Part shown: in pieces, positions 63,945 to 64,000 of the stretch
Layout: each line of letters opens with the position of its first letter
How positions within the stretch are numbered: position 1 is the stretch's first letter
Assembly: GCF_018350175.1 (NCBI RefSeq)
Contig: NC_058377.1
Coordinates: 61,566,001-61,630,000, forward strand
DNA from: Felis catus
Lineage: Eukaryota
DNA: 64,000 bases
Direction: 5' to 3'
Program-made: the position numbers and the translations under genes
Notes under the pieces: generated by a model
Seen by the model: the letters and a program-made list of their open reading frames with translations, nothing else
Told to the model about the DNA's origin: nothing
Databases searched by the model: none

Positions 63945-64000
63945 TCAGCAGAATTTCAACTGTTTCTACAAACACTCAATGACTCACTATTTTCGCTTCC

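Larger units (their letters stand above)
53467..64000. repeat. Tandem segmental duplication unit 3 (partial; runs past the window end)
   Basis: 53467-57914 and 63945-64000 align with ~3929-8290 and ~29143-33590; interrupted by a unit-specific SINE and a full-length L1. Confidence 0.93.

Noticed and set aside
1-64000. Globin genes, OR51V1, 3'HS1 CTCF insulator, CRISPR or other prokaryotic systems
   Set aside because: No globin or OR51V1 coding sequence and no convincing CTCF motif seen by eye; the sequence is mammalian and its repeats are explained by duplications, retroelements and microsatellites

Overview
Mammalian (feliform carnivore, probably cat family) genomic DNA, judged from SINEC_Fc-type CAN-SINEs and a carnivore L1. 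It holds a class I olfactory receptor (OR51/OR52) cluster with all genes on the minus strand. There are four intact ORFs: one OR52Z1-like (8675-9634) and three OR52A1-like (18604-19542, 41104-42042, 48367-49302). There are also a frameshifted OR52Z1-like pseudogene and two OR51-family pseudogenes. In human, as I recall it, OR52A1-OR51A1P-OR52Z1 lies just beyond the 3' end of the beta-globin locus; no globin gene is in this window. The window is a tandem array of a ~25-29 kb unit, roughly 95% identical by eye: unit 1 = 1-24714, unit 2 = 24715-~53465, unit 3 = ~53467 to the end, each with private deletions or insertions. Most notable: (i) the single OR52A1 of unit 1 appears to be a fusion of the two OR52A1 paralogs of unit 2, with patchwork gene conversion among all three; (ii) a full-length but disabled L1 with a 13-bp TSD carries three stacked poly(A) signals and tails, consistent with serial 3' transduction; (iii) a 3.18-kb deletion upstream of the dead OR52Z1 copy removes candidate 5' exons and promoter. 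I found no evidence of a wholly new gene family or system. Four N-gaps are present. Repeat subfamily names and boundaries are by eye.
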